This document shows positions 17,601 to 24,489 of a stretch of DNA of 24,489 nt, piece by piece. This DNA is from Verrucomicrobiota bacterium. GTDB taxonomy: Bacteria; Verrucomicrobiota; Verrucomicrobiia; Opitutales; Seribacteraceae. The translations under genes and the position numbers were made by a program. The notes under the pieces were generated by a model. The model was given only the letters and a program-made list of their open reading frames with translations, had not been told where the DNA came from and ran no database searches. Where the stretch lies: the NCBI GenBank assembly GCA_027622665.1, contig JAQBYT010000050.1:1-24489 (forward strand), given 5' to 3'. Position 1 is the first letter of the stretch. Each line of letters begins with the position of its first letter.

Positions 17601-17724
17601 GACAGTGAAAGCAGGTTTCCGACAAAATGGGTCGCACGTCTCGAGTAAAGTCTACCTTCGCGAGGATGCCTCCCGATAAAGAAAAGAAGAGGGCAGCAAA
17701 GAAGCCGATACGTAAATTTTTCAT
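14635..17724 (-). CDS. PSD1 and planctomycete cytochrome c domain protein (PSCyt1/DUF1549/DUF1553)
   Basis: VDF.RDVRPILS..CFHCHGPD, WLDLVRFADT.G, CAQCHDHKYDP, PTHPELLDYLA, PQQALVLLND; usual pairing with DUF1501. Confidence 0.93.
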   Translation of the reverse strand: MKNLRIGFFAALFFSLSGGILAKVDFTRDVRPILSETCFHCHGPDKNKRKAKLRLDIPEGPLADLGGHQAIVPGKPQESELIARITTEDEDDHMPPKKSGKKLSADQIVILKQWVAEGGKYEKHWAYRPLNKPKLAEPKSNDPFLHNEIDQLLLPKIIDSGSKPSPEAEKVTLLRRLYLDLLGIPPTPEDAEVFVKDTSKGAYGNLVDKLLADPRYGERMTLHWLDLVRFADTSGYHSDNFMEVSSYRDYVIGAFNQNLPYDQFVIENIAGDLIPEATPMQKVASGYNRLLQTTEEGGAQADEYVTIYQADRVRNFGNVWLAATTGCAQCHDHKYDPITTKDFYSLAAFFADIKENILGRRTPNFKIPSTTISKWLVPVQKDNEELASIKKQQEALEKELLSKASKLSYEEPKLDKKPEPVEKVWIEDAVPPGASAQGDTPWKFVSKPEPVFSGQKSSVREANGQKQHFFVAANPTLDLAEGSILFTYVYLDTLNPPKQIMLQFNDGTWEHRAYWGESKINFGKEGTVSKRKMGPLPETGKWVRLEVDPAQVGLKPGSRLNGWAFSQFDGKVYWDKAGIVTVVDPTKDPAFSLKVWANLNKNAKDLPSKVQSAIKIAEDKRNEEQKKTLRSHYLAYVHQPSTANFAKEKDQLAKLKASEEAMTKGSGERSMLVSQSTNPRMVKILPRGNWLDQSGEEVKPAIPSFLGKLETGDKRASRMDLAKWVISKENPLTSRAFVNRAWKLFFGYGLSRRLDDLGGQGEPPTHPELLDYLAADFRDNGWDVKRLVKLMVTSGAYRQSSAVSAKLLDKDPANRLFARQTRFRLDAEFVRDTALSISNLLSPSIGGKSVKPYQPPGYWRHLNFPARKWQQSQGDELYRRSLYTYVCRSFPHPAMVAFDAPSREECVAERPRSNIPQQALVLLNDPVFVEAARVLAERLLIEVKGDDAARLTRAFGLALTREPTPKERQILTKLLNAQRERYKANPEDAKKLIATGSKPASGNHESHELAAWTSISRALLNIYETTARF

Positions 17725-17802
17725 ATGAGGGATAAGATATAAATTCCTAGAGACATCGGTAAAAGCGAAAAACGGTATAATAAAGAAAGAATGATTACAG
17801 GG

Positions 17803-18420
17803 CTATGGAGAATTTGAGTAGTCGGATAGCTTCATTTCAATCGGTGAATAAGTTGGAGGAGGTGCCGTTTTTTCAGTATGTCCGTAAAAGATTAGCGCGA
17901 TAACTCGTTCGTCGGGAGGGGGATTAGGTATACCGACCACTTGCCGGAAATCACGATGCTTCCAAACGGGTCCCGTGCTCCACTTTGCGGCGATACCGAG
18001 ATTGTGCAGGAGCAGAAGCAGGTTTTGGCAAATGCAGGCGCAGGTCGCATAGTCTTCCTCGATTGCGTTGGGTTTGCTGGCGACGAGTTCGGATGAGTGG
18101 TCTGTAAAACAGGTAACTACGATCAATCCCGGCGAAGAACTCCATTCCGTAGTTTTTTTCGCGGCACGGTCAATGAGGAATTCGTCAGGAGAATCACCGG
18201 CGACGATTTCGCCGAACAGACGTCCGACTTCCTTGATTCGAGATTTGTCCAGAAGGTAAAAACGAGCAGGTTCCGTTCGGTGGTGATTAGGTGCTTTACG
18301 AGCAACGTCGATGGCATGTCGAACGTCAGCATGGTCGGGTTCTTGATCGTTGAACCATGACGGCTTTGAGGTTCGACGGCTAGAAATCAACCGTTCCAGA
18401 TCTTGTTGAGAAACAATCAT
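17803..18420 (-). CDS. Nitroreductase family protein
   Basis: ISSRRTSK, APNHHRTEP, EEDYA..C..QNLLL.L...GI..KWSTG; ATG 18420 avoids overlap with the upstream gene. Confidence 0.85.
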   Translation of the reverse strand: MIVSQQDLERLISSRRTSKPSWFNDQEPDHADVRHAIDVARKAPNHHRTEPARFYLLDKSRIKEVGRLFGEIVAGDSPDEFLIDRAAKKTTEWSSSPGLIVVTCFTDHSSELVASKPNAIEEDYATCACICQNLLLLLHNLGIAAKWSTGPVWKHRDFRQVVGIPNPPPDERVIALIFYGHTEKTAPPPTYSPIEMKLSDYSNSP

Positions 18421-18442
18421 TGCTTGGTGAATTGTCGCAATA

Positions 18443-19702
18443 TTAGGTCCTGCCAAAAACCAGAGAAACATTGGATCCGCCAAATCCGCTGCTGTTGCTG
18501 AGAATTCGTTCCGCTTGGCGATCGATTGTTTCGCGAAGGAGGTCTAGGTGACCAATGGCATCGTCGGGTTCCTCCACATTGGCCGAACCTGGGAGAAAAC
18601 CGTCCTTTAAGGCGAGGCAGCAAAAACCCGCTTCCATAATACTAGAAAGGGAGAGTCCGTGGCCAGTAAGACCCTTGGTGCTAGAAAAAGAAATACTTTG
18701 CGGTTCAGGGAAAACTTTCTTGATAGCACACAGCTCAGAGGCATCCCCGATGGGGGTGGATGGGGCATGTGCGTTTAGGTAGTCGATTTGAGAAGGTTCG
18801 ATTCCAGAGTCGCGAAGAGCATTTTTCATAGCGTTTTCGAGTCCTCTACCTTCGGGGTGAGAAATCGCAACATTGTGCCCATCGGAGGCTTGCCCCCAAC
18901 CGAGAAACTCAGCGTAGGAAGTCGCTCCTCTTCGGTTTGCTTCTTCCTCCGTTTCGAGAACTAAGCAGACGGATCCCCCTGTGCCGACGAAACCATTACG
19001 GGTCTTGTCGAATGGCCGTGATGCCATGGTTGGGTCTTGATCAAGTGAAAGAGCCCTCATTCCGGCAAAAGGAACGATGCTTTCGAAGTTACAATCTTCC
19101 GCTCCGACCACCAGCATACGTTTCTGCCGTCCGAGCCGAATCTCATCCAATGCGGTGCCAAGGGCATGCCCTGAAGAAGCGCACGCAGAAACAAACCCCG
19201 ATGAGGAACCTCGTATGCCGAGTGCCGACACAAGATTAAAACTGAGCGTGCCTGCAATTGATGCAATGATGGCAAGTGGGTTGCATGCCATCACGCCAAG
19301 GTCGTCCATTTTCTGAAAATGCTTGTGAATACTTCTCATTGAGCCGCCGGAAGCCGTGTATAACCCGGAAGCAGGGTTCGAGATATCTCCTTCCGATAAT
19401 CCGGCGTCCTCGATTGCTTGCCGTACGGCACACCAAGCGTAAAGGACATGGGGCGAAAAACTACGTATGAGCGTACGAGGCACTTGATATGCAGCGGGGT
19501 AAGTCCAGTCCTCAGGGTCTGACGACTCTAGGTCGAACTCCTTGACTACCCCCGCAACTTTCACCGGCGAAGATTCAACTTGAAGTTCTGGGTGCCTTTC
19601 TATCCCGGAAGTCAGTTTCCGCAAACTGTCCGTAACAGTAATCCGATCATTCCCAATGCTGGTTATGAATCCGATTCCGGTAACAAAAATCTTTAGGTCC
19701 AT
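18443..19702 (-). CDS. Beta-ketoacyl-ACP synthase (FabB/FabF family)
   Basis: Cys-His-His triad: SACASSG, NAHAPSTPIGD, STKGLTGH; SNSSGFGGSN. Confidence 0.92.
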   Translation of the reverse strand: MDLKIFVTGIGFITSIGNDRITVTDSLRKLTSGIERHPELQVESSPVKVAGVVKEFDLESSDPEDWTYPAAYQVPRTLIRSFSPHVLYAWCAVRQAIEDAGLSEGDISNPASGLYTASGGSMRSIHKHFQKMDDLGVMACNPLAIIASIAGTLSFNLVSALGIRGSSSGFVSACASSGHALGTALDEIRLGRQKRMLVVGAEDCNFESIVPFAGMRALSLDQDPTMASRPFDKTRNGFVGTGGSVCLVLETEEEANRRGATSYAEFLGWGQASDGHNVAISHPEGRGLENAMKNALRDSGIEPSQIDYLNAHAPSTPIGDASELCAIKKVFPEPQSISFSSTKGLTGHGLSLSSIMEAGFCCLALKDGFLPGSANVEEPDDAIGHLDLLRETIDRQAERILSNSSGFGGSNVSLVFGRT

Positions 19703-19792
19703 GAAGAAGTTAAACTAGGCTCTGGTATTCGGAATGAGCAACGCTAAATGAGTCACGGCATGGTGCGAGGAGACGCAGATGGAAGAACTGGC

Positions 19793-20383
19793 CTATTTTT
19801 CGAATTTCGAGTTTTGAGAAATAGGCAAACCATCGACGTGCTTAATTTCTTCAACAAGCGTCCCATCGGAATCCCAGTTACGCCAGACTCCATGGGGAAT
19901 TCCTTTTTCGTGTCGCTGCTCCCGCCACTTTACCCCACTCGGACGCCAAATTGTAGACAAACCATCCTTTTCGCCGTTAAGAAAAAAACCGGCCATTTTC
20001 TTTTTACCGTCGGGATACCACATGGTGAAAGGACCATTGTTTTTTCCATTCTTTTTTTGCCCTCGCCAACGCGGTAAGCCATTGTCGTAAAAAGTGCTCC
20101 AGAAACCCTCAGCTCGGCCCTCCTGTAGTTCTCCTTCAAAAATCTTTCGGTTTTGTTCGTCTAGACCGACCGTCGAACCCTCGGCTTGACCGTTTCGCAT
20201 TTCGTATAACTGGCGACCGTCCGTAGTTTTTACTATTCCATTAAATCGGGAACGATTTACGTCGGAATTTTGAAAAAGGTCGGCTTCGTCTGTCGCCTCC
20301 TCAGTTCTGTCCTGCAATTCCTTCTCACCACAGGATTGGATCAATATAGCGGAAAGGAACAAAAACGTGCGCAAAGTCTTCAA
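19793..20383 (-). CDS. MORN-variant repeat lipoprotein
   Basis: Lipobox IQSC; G.W..(F/W)Y..G..K..G....G...G repeats. Confidence 0.8.
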   Translation of the reverse strand: MKTLRTFLFLSAILIQSCGEKELQDRTEEATDEADLFQNSDVNRSRFNGIVKTTDGRQLYEMRNGQAEGSTVGLDEQNRKIFEGELQEGRAEGFWSTFYDNGLPRWRGQKKNGKNNGPFTMWYPDGKKKMAGFFLNGEKDGLSTIWRPSGVKWREQRHEKGIPHGVWRNWDSDGTLVEEIKHVDGLPISQNSKFEK

Positions 20384-20462
20384 CAGAGTAGGGTCAAAGT
20401 CCTCAGGAACAGGTCATGCAAAACACTCTACAAATACTCGCTCATCAGGGGCACCGATTGAG

Positions 20463-20512
20463 TGGTGGAGCCGATCGGGCTCGAACCGACGACCTCCTGC
20501 ATGCCATGCAGG
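20463..20512 (-). other. Displaced 3' fragment of tRNA-Ala(GGC), att site of an integrated element
   Basis: CCTGCATGGCATGCAGGAGGTCGTCGGTTCGAGCCCGATCGGCTCCACCA (anticodon arm to CCA); no D-arm or 5' acceptor strand upstream; integrase adjacent. Confidence 0.9.
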
Positions 20513-20570
20513 GTTGTGCCGATTTCTGTAATCAGCATTTTTAAAGCGTAAATAGACGGGAAACCCAATA

Positions 20571-20606
20571 AATAAGCACCTCTCAGAGATGGGGGGTGTT
20601 TTTTTA
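20571..20606 (+). terminator. Terminator-like hairpin near the att site
   Basis: GCACCTCTCA-GAGA-TGGGGGGTGT (with G-U pairs) followed by a T run. Confidence 0.5.
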
Positions 20607-20644
20607 TGTTGCCTTAAAATGTTCATTTATTATCAATTAATATC

Positions 20645-20830
20645 ACAAAACCGACAAACCAACTGACACCCAACTGACACCCAACTGAAAATAAGCGTAA
20701 AAAGAGATGAAAAAAGGATGAAAAAAGGACGAGGCAATGCTGACAATGCTTGCAATTGTTTTGATGACAAAACCGACACCAACTGACACCCAACTGACAA
20801 TGAAAATAAGCATAAAAAGAGACGAGGCAA
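20645..20830 (+). repeat. Imperfect duplication containing tandem CCAACTGACAC 11-mers
   Basis: Copies 20645-20737 and 20767-20830; 11-mers start at 20659, 20670, 20681 (partial), 20779 and 20790 (partial). Confidence 0.85.
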
Positions 20831-21855
20831 AAATGGCGGCAGGCAAGGCTTTCTGGAGGTTGTCCGTGTGGTCCGCAGGGAAGCGGTATAGGAAGTTTTT
20901 CAAAACGCACAGGGAGGCGCATAATTTCGACACATTGGCGTGGCTTTCTAATATGGCAAGGCTTGAACCTCGAGGGCCGGATACAATGGTGAGTGCCGCC
21001 GTTGCCGAATATTTACAGGAATATAAGGAGGTGAACATGAATCCCGCAAAACCCGAACCCAAAGGCCTGAGGACTACTCGCGATCGCGTCTTTAAGTGGC
21101 TGTGGTATCTGGACTCGCGTTCCGTGGTTTTCTGTCGCGACGTAGCGACAGCGCACCTCATTGATTATATTACTTCTGGGAAGTGCCAGTGTGGGCCACG
21201 GCGCGGTATGCCGTGGTGCGAGGAGTCGAGGAAGGCGTATGCCGCCGCCGCCATGACATTCATGCGATGGTGCGCGGAGAAGGGATATGGTGTGACGAAG
21301 GGCGAGTGGTTTGTCCAGACCACCACCAGCTCGCTGACATGGCGAAAGCAGAAGACTTTTGATTCTAGCCCAGGCATCTGCTCCCCTGAAGAAACCGCAA
21401 ATCTATTGAACTTTATCCATGAGCAGTATCGGCCTGCCCTAGCGATTATGTTTTTCACTGGGATTCGTCCGGAAGTCGAGATGTCGCTACTACGATATTC
21501 GGATATCAGCTGGGGGGAGTCCATAAAACTGGAGGCTATGCGCACGAAAACCGAGAAGGAAAGGGTCTTGTTCGACCTCCCGGAAAATTTATGGAAGTGG
21601 GTACCTAAAAGGAAAACTGGCAAAGTAATGCCCAGTTATGGAGCTCTCAATCAAGCCCGCCGCAGGGCGGCACGCAGGGCGGGCTTCAATTACCCAGCGG
21701 ATGGGGCTCGGCATTCCTTTGGGTCGTACGGCTTCTGGCTGGGAGTGGAGTGGGCGATAGACACGATGGGACACTCGAACACCAGTACGTTTTTTAAAAA
21801 TTATAAAAACAACAAGACCAACAAGGGAATGGCCAAGGAGTATTTCTCCATTTAG
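20800..21855 (+). CDS. int: Tyrosine recombinase / phage integrase
   Basis: FFTGIRPE (R), RTKT (K), GARHSFGSY, MGHS, KNY (Y); N-terminal GKRYRKFFKT arm-binding-like segment; ATG 20800 follows the repeats. Confidence 0.9.
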   Translation: MKISIKRDEAKMAAGKAFWRLSVWSAGKRYRKFFKTHREAHNFDTLAWLSNMARLEPRGPDTMVSAAVAEYLQEYKEVNMNPAKPEPKGLRTTRDRVFKWLWYLDSRSVVFCRDVATAHLIDYITSGKCQCGPRRGMPWCEESRKAYAAAAMTFMRWCAEKGYGVTKGEWFVQTTTSSLTWRKQKTFDSSPGICSPEETANLLNFIHEQYRPALAIMFFTGIRPEVEMSLLRYSDISWGESIKLEAMRTKTEKERVLFDLPENLWKWVPKRKTGKVMPSYGALNQARRRAARRAGFNYPADGARHSFGSYGFWLGVEWAIDTMGHSNTSTFFKNYKNNKTNKGMAKEYFSI

Positions 21856-21896
21856 CGGGGGGGGGTAAAGAAATGTTTACCCCCCCGCTAAAAAAT
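21851..21896. terminator. Strong hairpin at the integrase stop
   Basis: TTTAGC-G9-TAAA / TTTA-C7-GCTAAA inverted repeat; A tract on the plus strand. Confidence 0.7.
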
Positions 21897-21913
21897 AAAC
21901 ACGAAGATTCGTG

Positions 21914-21951
21914 TTGCAATTCATCAGTGTGTTTTTAGATTCAAAAACATG
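21914..21951 (+). promoter_or_regulatory. Leaderless-type sigma70 promoter
   Basis: TTGCAA-N16-TAGATT-N7-ATG, same geometry as the island module. Confidence 0.5.
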
Positions 21952-22185
21952 GAGGACAAGGAAAAGAGATTAGCATCCGAGGCATTCGACGCATTTGAAA
22001 GAGTGCGTCCTATACTGGAGGAGTATTTCGACAACTGGGTATTGACTGGTCATAGAGCCGGCTGTGGAACCAAAATTATTCTGGGCGATATATGCAAGGG
22101 GTCGTCCCTCGCATCTCAGGATATGCAACAGCAACATGACAAAGCTAAAGAGTGGAAAGCAATCCCCTTGGGAGATTCTCAATAA
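21949..22185 (+). CDS. Phage-like hypothetical protein
   Basis: 78-aa ATG ORF directly behind the promoter-like signal. Confidence 0.6.
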   Translation: MEDKEKRLASEAFDAFERVRPILEEYFDNWVLTGHRAGCGTKIILGDICKGSSLASQDMQQQHDKAKEWKAIPLGDSQ

Positions 22186-22387
22186 ATACCCACCCGTTCT
22201 GGTTCGGCTAACGGCGAAGACTCAACCACCGACAACGCGTGCGCTTACGGATCAGGAGGTAGCCATTAGGTCCGGGATTCCCTTGGGTGAAATCAAGAGG
22301 CTTTCCCGGCTGACCTCATGGGACGACGTTCCTATTGGTCCGGCTAGATCATTCTGCCTTGCCTGTAGTTTTGACCCCTTCAGTTAA
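22136..22387 (+). CDS. Small HTH-like hypothetical protein
   Basis: LTDQEVAIRSGIPLGEIKRL helix-turn-helix pattern; internal ATG 22136 of ORF 22064..22387 chosen. Confidence 0.5.
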   Translation: MTKLKSGKQSPWEILNKYPPVLVRLTAKTQPPTTRALTDQEVAIRSGIPLGEIKRLSRLTSWDDVPIGPARSFCLACSFDPFS

Positions 22388-22586
22388 TCGCCCGGAAGAT
22401 TTATTCAATATCCGCCACCAATGCGCACAGGAAGGCGCAGGAGCGCAGGCAACCTGCAAGTGGCAATGGTATCCGAGACCCTCCCAAACCGCGCTCCTAG
22501 GGTATCTCTTTGCAATTAGAAGACTCCTAGACGCGCCACTCCACAGGGTGTCAGATTCCCCCTAATGAAATTTTTCAAGACCTAAA

Positions 22587-23039
22587 ATGAAAACAGTGTC
22601 ATCACCTAATTTGTCAGCCATCGCCCGGCAGCATAAAATCACTCGGAACACACTGCAAAGGTGGCGCGACCAAGGACTAAACCTAATGGATCACGCCGCC
22701 ATCACTGAGCGAGTGGAGAGAATGCGCCAACCCAGCACAAGCGCAACCTCCGCACCACCAGGATCCGAAAGTTACAGCGAAGCCAGACGGCGAAGGGCGA
22801 TAGCCGATGCAGACCTTGCGGAGCTAAAAAGCGATCAGCAACGCGGTAAACTCATCGACCTTGCAACGGTTGAGCAAGCCTTTGCTGAGATCGGTTATGT
22901 ATTGCGCGCACGCTTGCTGGCTTTACCGTCGAACCTAGTTCCAGAACTGGAAGGATTGAGCGCATCACAGATGCACAAAACTCTGCAAAAACACGTCCAC
23001 CAGTTACTTCACGACATTCACGAGAACTCACCAATTTGA
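22587..23039 (+). CDS. Small terminase subunit, Nu1-like
   Basis: N-terminal HTH (NLSAIARQHKITRNTLQRW), then EARRRRAIADADLAELK....RGKLI....V..........RARLLALP..L..EL typical of Nu1-type TerS. Confidence 0.75.
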   Translation: MKTVSSPNLSAIARQHKITRNTLQRWRDQGLNLMDHAAITERVERMRQPSTSATSAPPGSESYSEARRRRAIADADLAELKSDQQRGKLIDLATVEQAFAEIGYVLRARLLALPSNLVPELEGLSASQMHKTLQKHVHQLLHDIHENSPI

Positions 23040-23057
23040 CACGTCCCGGAAGATGTC

Positions 23058-23627
23058 ATGTGCAATCTCCCACCCATCGCCAAGCAAGCAGAAATTGCCC
23101 AGATATTTGGAGTATCTACACGCACACTTCACCGATGGCACAAGGACGGCATCGACTTGCTCGATCCGCTAGATGTGGCAACAAAAATTGTTTCCCCAAA
23201 ATCAACCACAGATCCCAAACCACTAATACAACTAATGAACTCCCAAACGACTGAAGCCGCCGCAATGCAAGCGTTGCAAAACGATTCAAAACTTGCTGCA
23301 CGATTTGATGCGGAGATATTGCCCAAGACGAAAGGAAGAAATCGCAAGGAAGCGGTAAAAATAATTGTCGCAGCATTAGAGCAAAAGCAAGCTGCCACGC
23401 TCGCTAGTCAACGGGCAAAGGCAACGCGATCACTGGCTCAAACCGCAGCCCAAAAGCTCAAATCTTTAGCCGGAATCAAAGACAAGAGCAAACCTGCGGC
23501 AGCCCCCGCTAATCACCTAACAAATTACAACTCACTGCGCACCTCCAACCCATCGAAGGCTAGAGCCTACCTCCAACAGCACGGCGCAAGTATCCAAGCC
23601 GCAGCACGGCGCGCATCCACGATCTAA
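23058..23627 (+). CDS. HTH-containing, Ala-rich helical protein
   Basis: KQAEIAQIFGVSTRTLHRWHKDG is a clear HTH; co-oriented with terS. Confidence 0.7.
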   Translation: MCNLPPIAKQAEIAQIFGVSTRTLHRWHKDGIDLLDPLDVATKIVSPKSTTDPKPLIQLMNSQTTEAAAMQALQNDSKLAARFDAEILPKTKGRNRKEAVKIIVAALEQKQAATLASQRAKATRSLAQTAAQKLKSLAGIKDKSKPAAAPANHLTNYNSLRTSNPSKARAYLQQHGASIQAAARRASTI

Positions 23628-23638
23628 TCGAAATCAAT

Positions 23639-24181
23639 ATGACCGTAGAACTCCAAGCACCACCCGCCAAGCTGACCTTCACCAAGGACGAGAAATCCCG
23701 CCTCCAAGCTGCCGCCGCAGAAATTGAGAGACTCGAAAACCGCCTTGTCGAAATCGAAGCCCTCCGCAATGTCATCACCTCCGCAGAAGCCGACTTCGTT
23801 TCCGGGAAGCTGGACATAACCGAAGCCGCCGGGTTGCTCTCCGTCACGAATGACGTTAATGCCCGCAACGCCCTCCAGATGCGTCTCCGTAGCCCGGTGA
23901 AACAGGCTATGAAGGCAAGCGTGCAATCCGTTGCCGACCTACTCGCCAAGGCAGATCAGCACCGTGTCGATGCCCTAGCAGCACAAGCCAAGGACGTTGA
24001 AACATCAGAGCGCGAGGGATTCGATACGCACGGATTGAATCAAGACGAATTTCGCCCAAGCCCATTGCTCCTTGCGCTTCGCGAAAAGCACCGCCGTGCG
24101 CTCGATAATTCCAAGCGTATCACCTATACGAAACAGAGCCTTACGACCCTGCTTGATCTTTGTGATGATCGAACCGCATAA
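23639..24181 (+). CDS. Coiled-coil hypothetical protein
   Basis: 180-aa ATG ORF 11 bp after the previous stop and followed by a terminator. Confidence 0.7.
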   Translation: MTVELQAPPAKLTFTKDEKSRLQAAAAEIERLENRLVEIEALRNVITSAEADFVSGKLDITEAAGLLSVTNDVNARNALQMRLRSPVKQAMKASVQSVADLLAKADQHRVDALAAQAKDVETSEREGFDTHGLNQDEFRPSPLLLALREKHRRALDNSKRITYTKQSLTTLLDLCDDRTA

Positions 24182-24211
24182 ATTTCCCGCTTGTATGCTC
24201 ATACATCAAGC

Positions 24212-24242
24212 AGCCGTCTCCCGAGTGGGAGGCGGTTTTTTT
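24212..24242 (+). terminator. Rho-independent terminator
   Basis: AGCCGTCTCCC-GAGT-GGGAGGCGGTT followed by a T run. Confidence 0.8.
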
Positions 24243-24251
24243 ATCGTATAG

Positions 24252-24489
24252 CTACTTCTTCTCCCTTTTATCAAACCGCTCTTGCCACTCCCGACTAAGC
24301 TTTTGACCCTCCGCGATCTGCTCCTTTGTCATGCGTTTTGCGATGATATCCTTGTTTTTTTTGGCATTATCATTGCCTTGTGCGTGCGATAGGTTGTACC
24401 ACATGTAGGCTGTAACGTCGTCCTCTGGCACTCCATTGCCGTTGTCGTAGCAGACACCCAAGTTGGATTGCGCTTGTGCATGACCCTGA
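24252..24489 (-). CDS. Sel1-like repeat protein (5' end outside the window)
   Basis: QGHAQAQSNLGVCYDNGNGVPEDDVTAYMWYNLS..QG...A..MTKEQIAEGQ. Confidence 0.88.
   Translation of the reverse strand, partial: QGHAQAQSNLGVCYDNGNGVPEDDVTAYMWYNLSHAQGNDNAKKNKDIIAKRMTKEQIAEGQKLSREWQERFDKREKK

Larger units (their letters stand above)
20463..24489. mobile_element. tRNA-Ala-integrated phage satellite or prophage remnant (continues beyond the window)
   Basis: att fragment, tyrosine integrase, Nu1-like small terminase and HTH genes. Confidence 0.8.

Noticed and set aside
18443..19702. Type II PKS or secondary metabolite cluster
   Set aside because: Lone ketosynthase without ACP, chain-length factor or tailoring genes nearby.
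20463..20540. Intact tRNA-Ala gene
   Set aside because: The D-arm and 5' acceptor strand are missing; only the 3' 50 nt are present.
20623..21161. Minus-strand ORFs over the integrase 5' region, and the int start at 20737
   Set aside because: Low-complexity translations of the 11-bp repeats or antisense to int; the 20737-20799 extension is just translated repeat.

Overview
Bacterial chromosomal window; the gene content (DUF1501 plus PSCyt/PSD1 cytochrome protein, SHD1-like secreted proteins) suggests the PVC superphylum, probably Verrucomicrobiota (inference). It has three zones. (1) 1-~12270 is a variable island abutting the 3' end of tRNA-Phe(GAA). It is built from recurring short modules: a promoter plus signal-peptide start, a 17-bp post-stop motif, and a 110-bp structured element at FGE-domain gene ends. 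These frame MORN-, LRR- and FGE/C-type-lectin-fold surface proteins. Three apparently foreign blocks interrupt them: an AT-rich secreted-protein gene, a NERD nuclease plus a 1371-aa nuclease-helicase ending in ten 71-aa repeats with localised hypervariable positions, and a 2.4-kb fragment that splits an FGE-domain gene. (2) ~12280-20460 holds ordinary minus-strand genes: tRNA-Phe, DUF6370-like, DUF1501, PSD1 cytochrome, nitroreductase, beta-ketoacyl-ACP synthase and a MORN lipoprotein. (3) 20463-end is an element integrated in tRNA-Ala(GGC), with the displaced 3' tRNA fragment, a tyrosine integrase, repeats, a Nu1-like small terminase, HTH proteins and a partial Sel1 gene; it looks like a phage satellite or prophage remnant. 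The best leads are the methyltransferase-less nuclease-helicase with a possible modular recognition array and the modular surface-protein cassette array. All family assignments are from motif recognition, not database searches.
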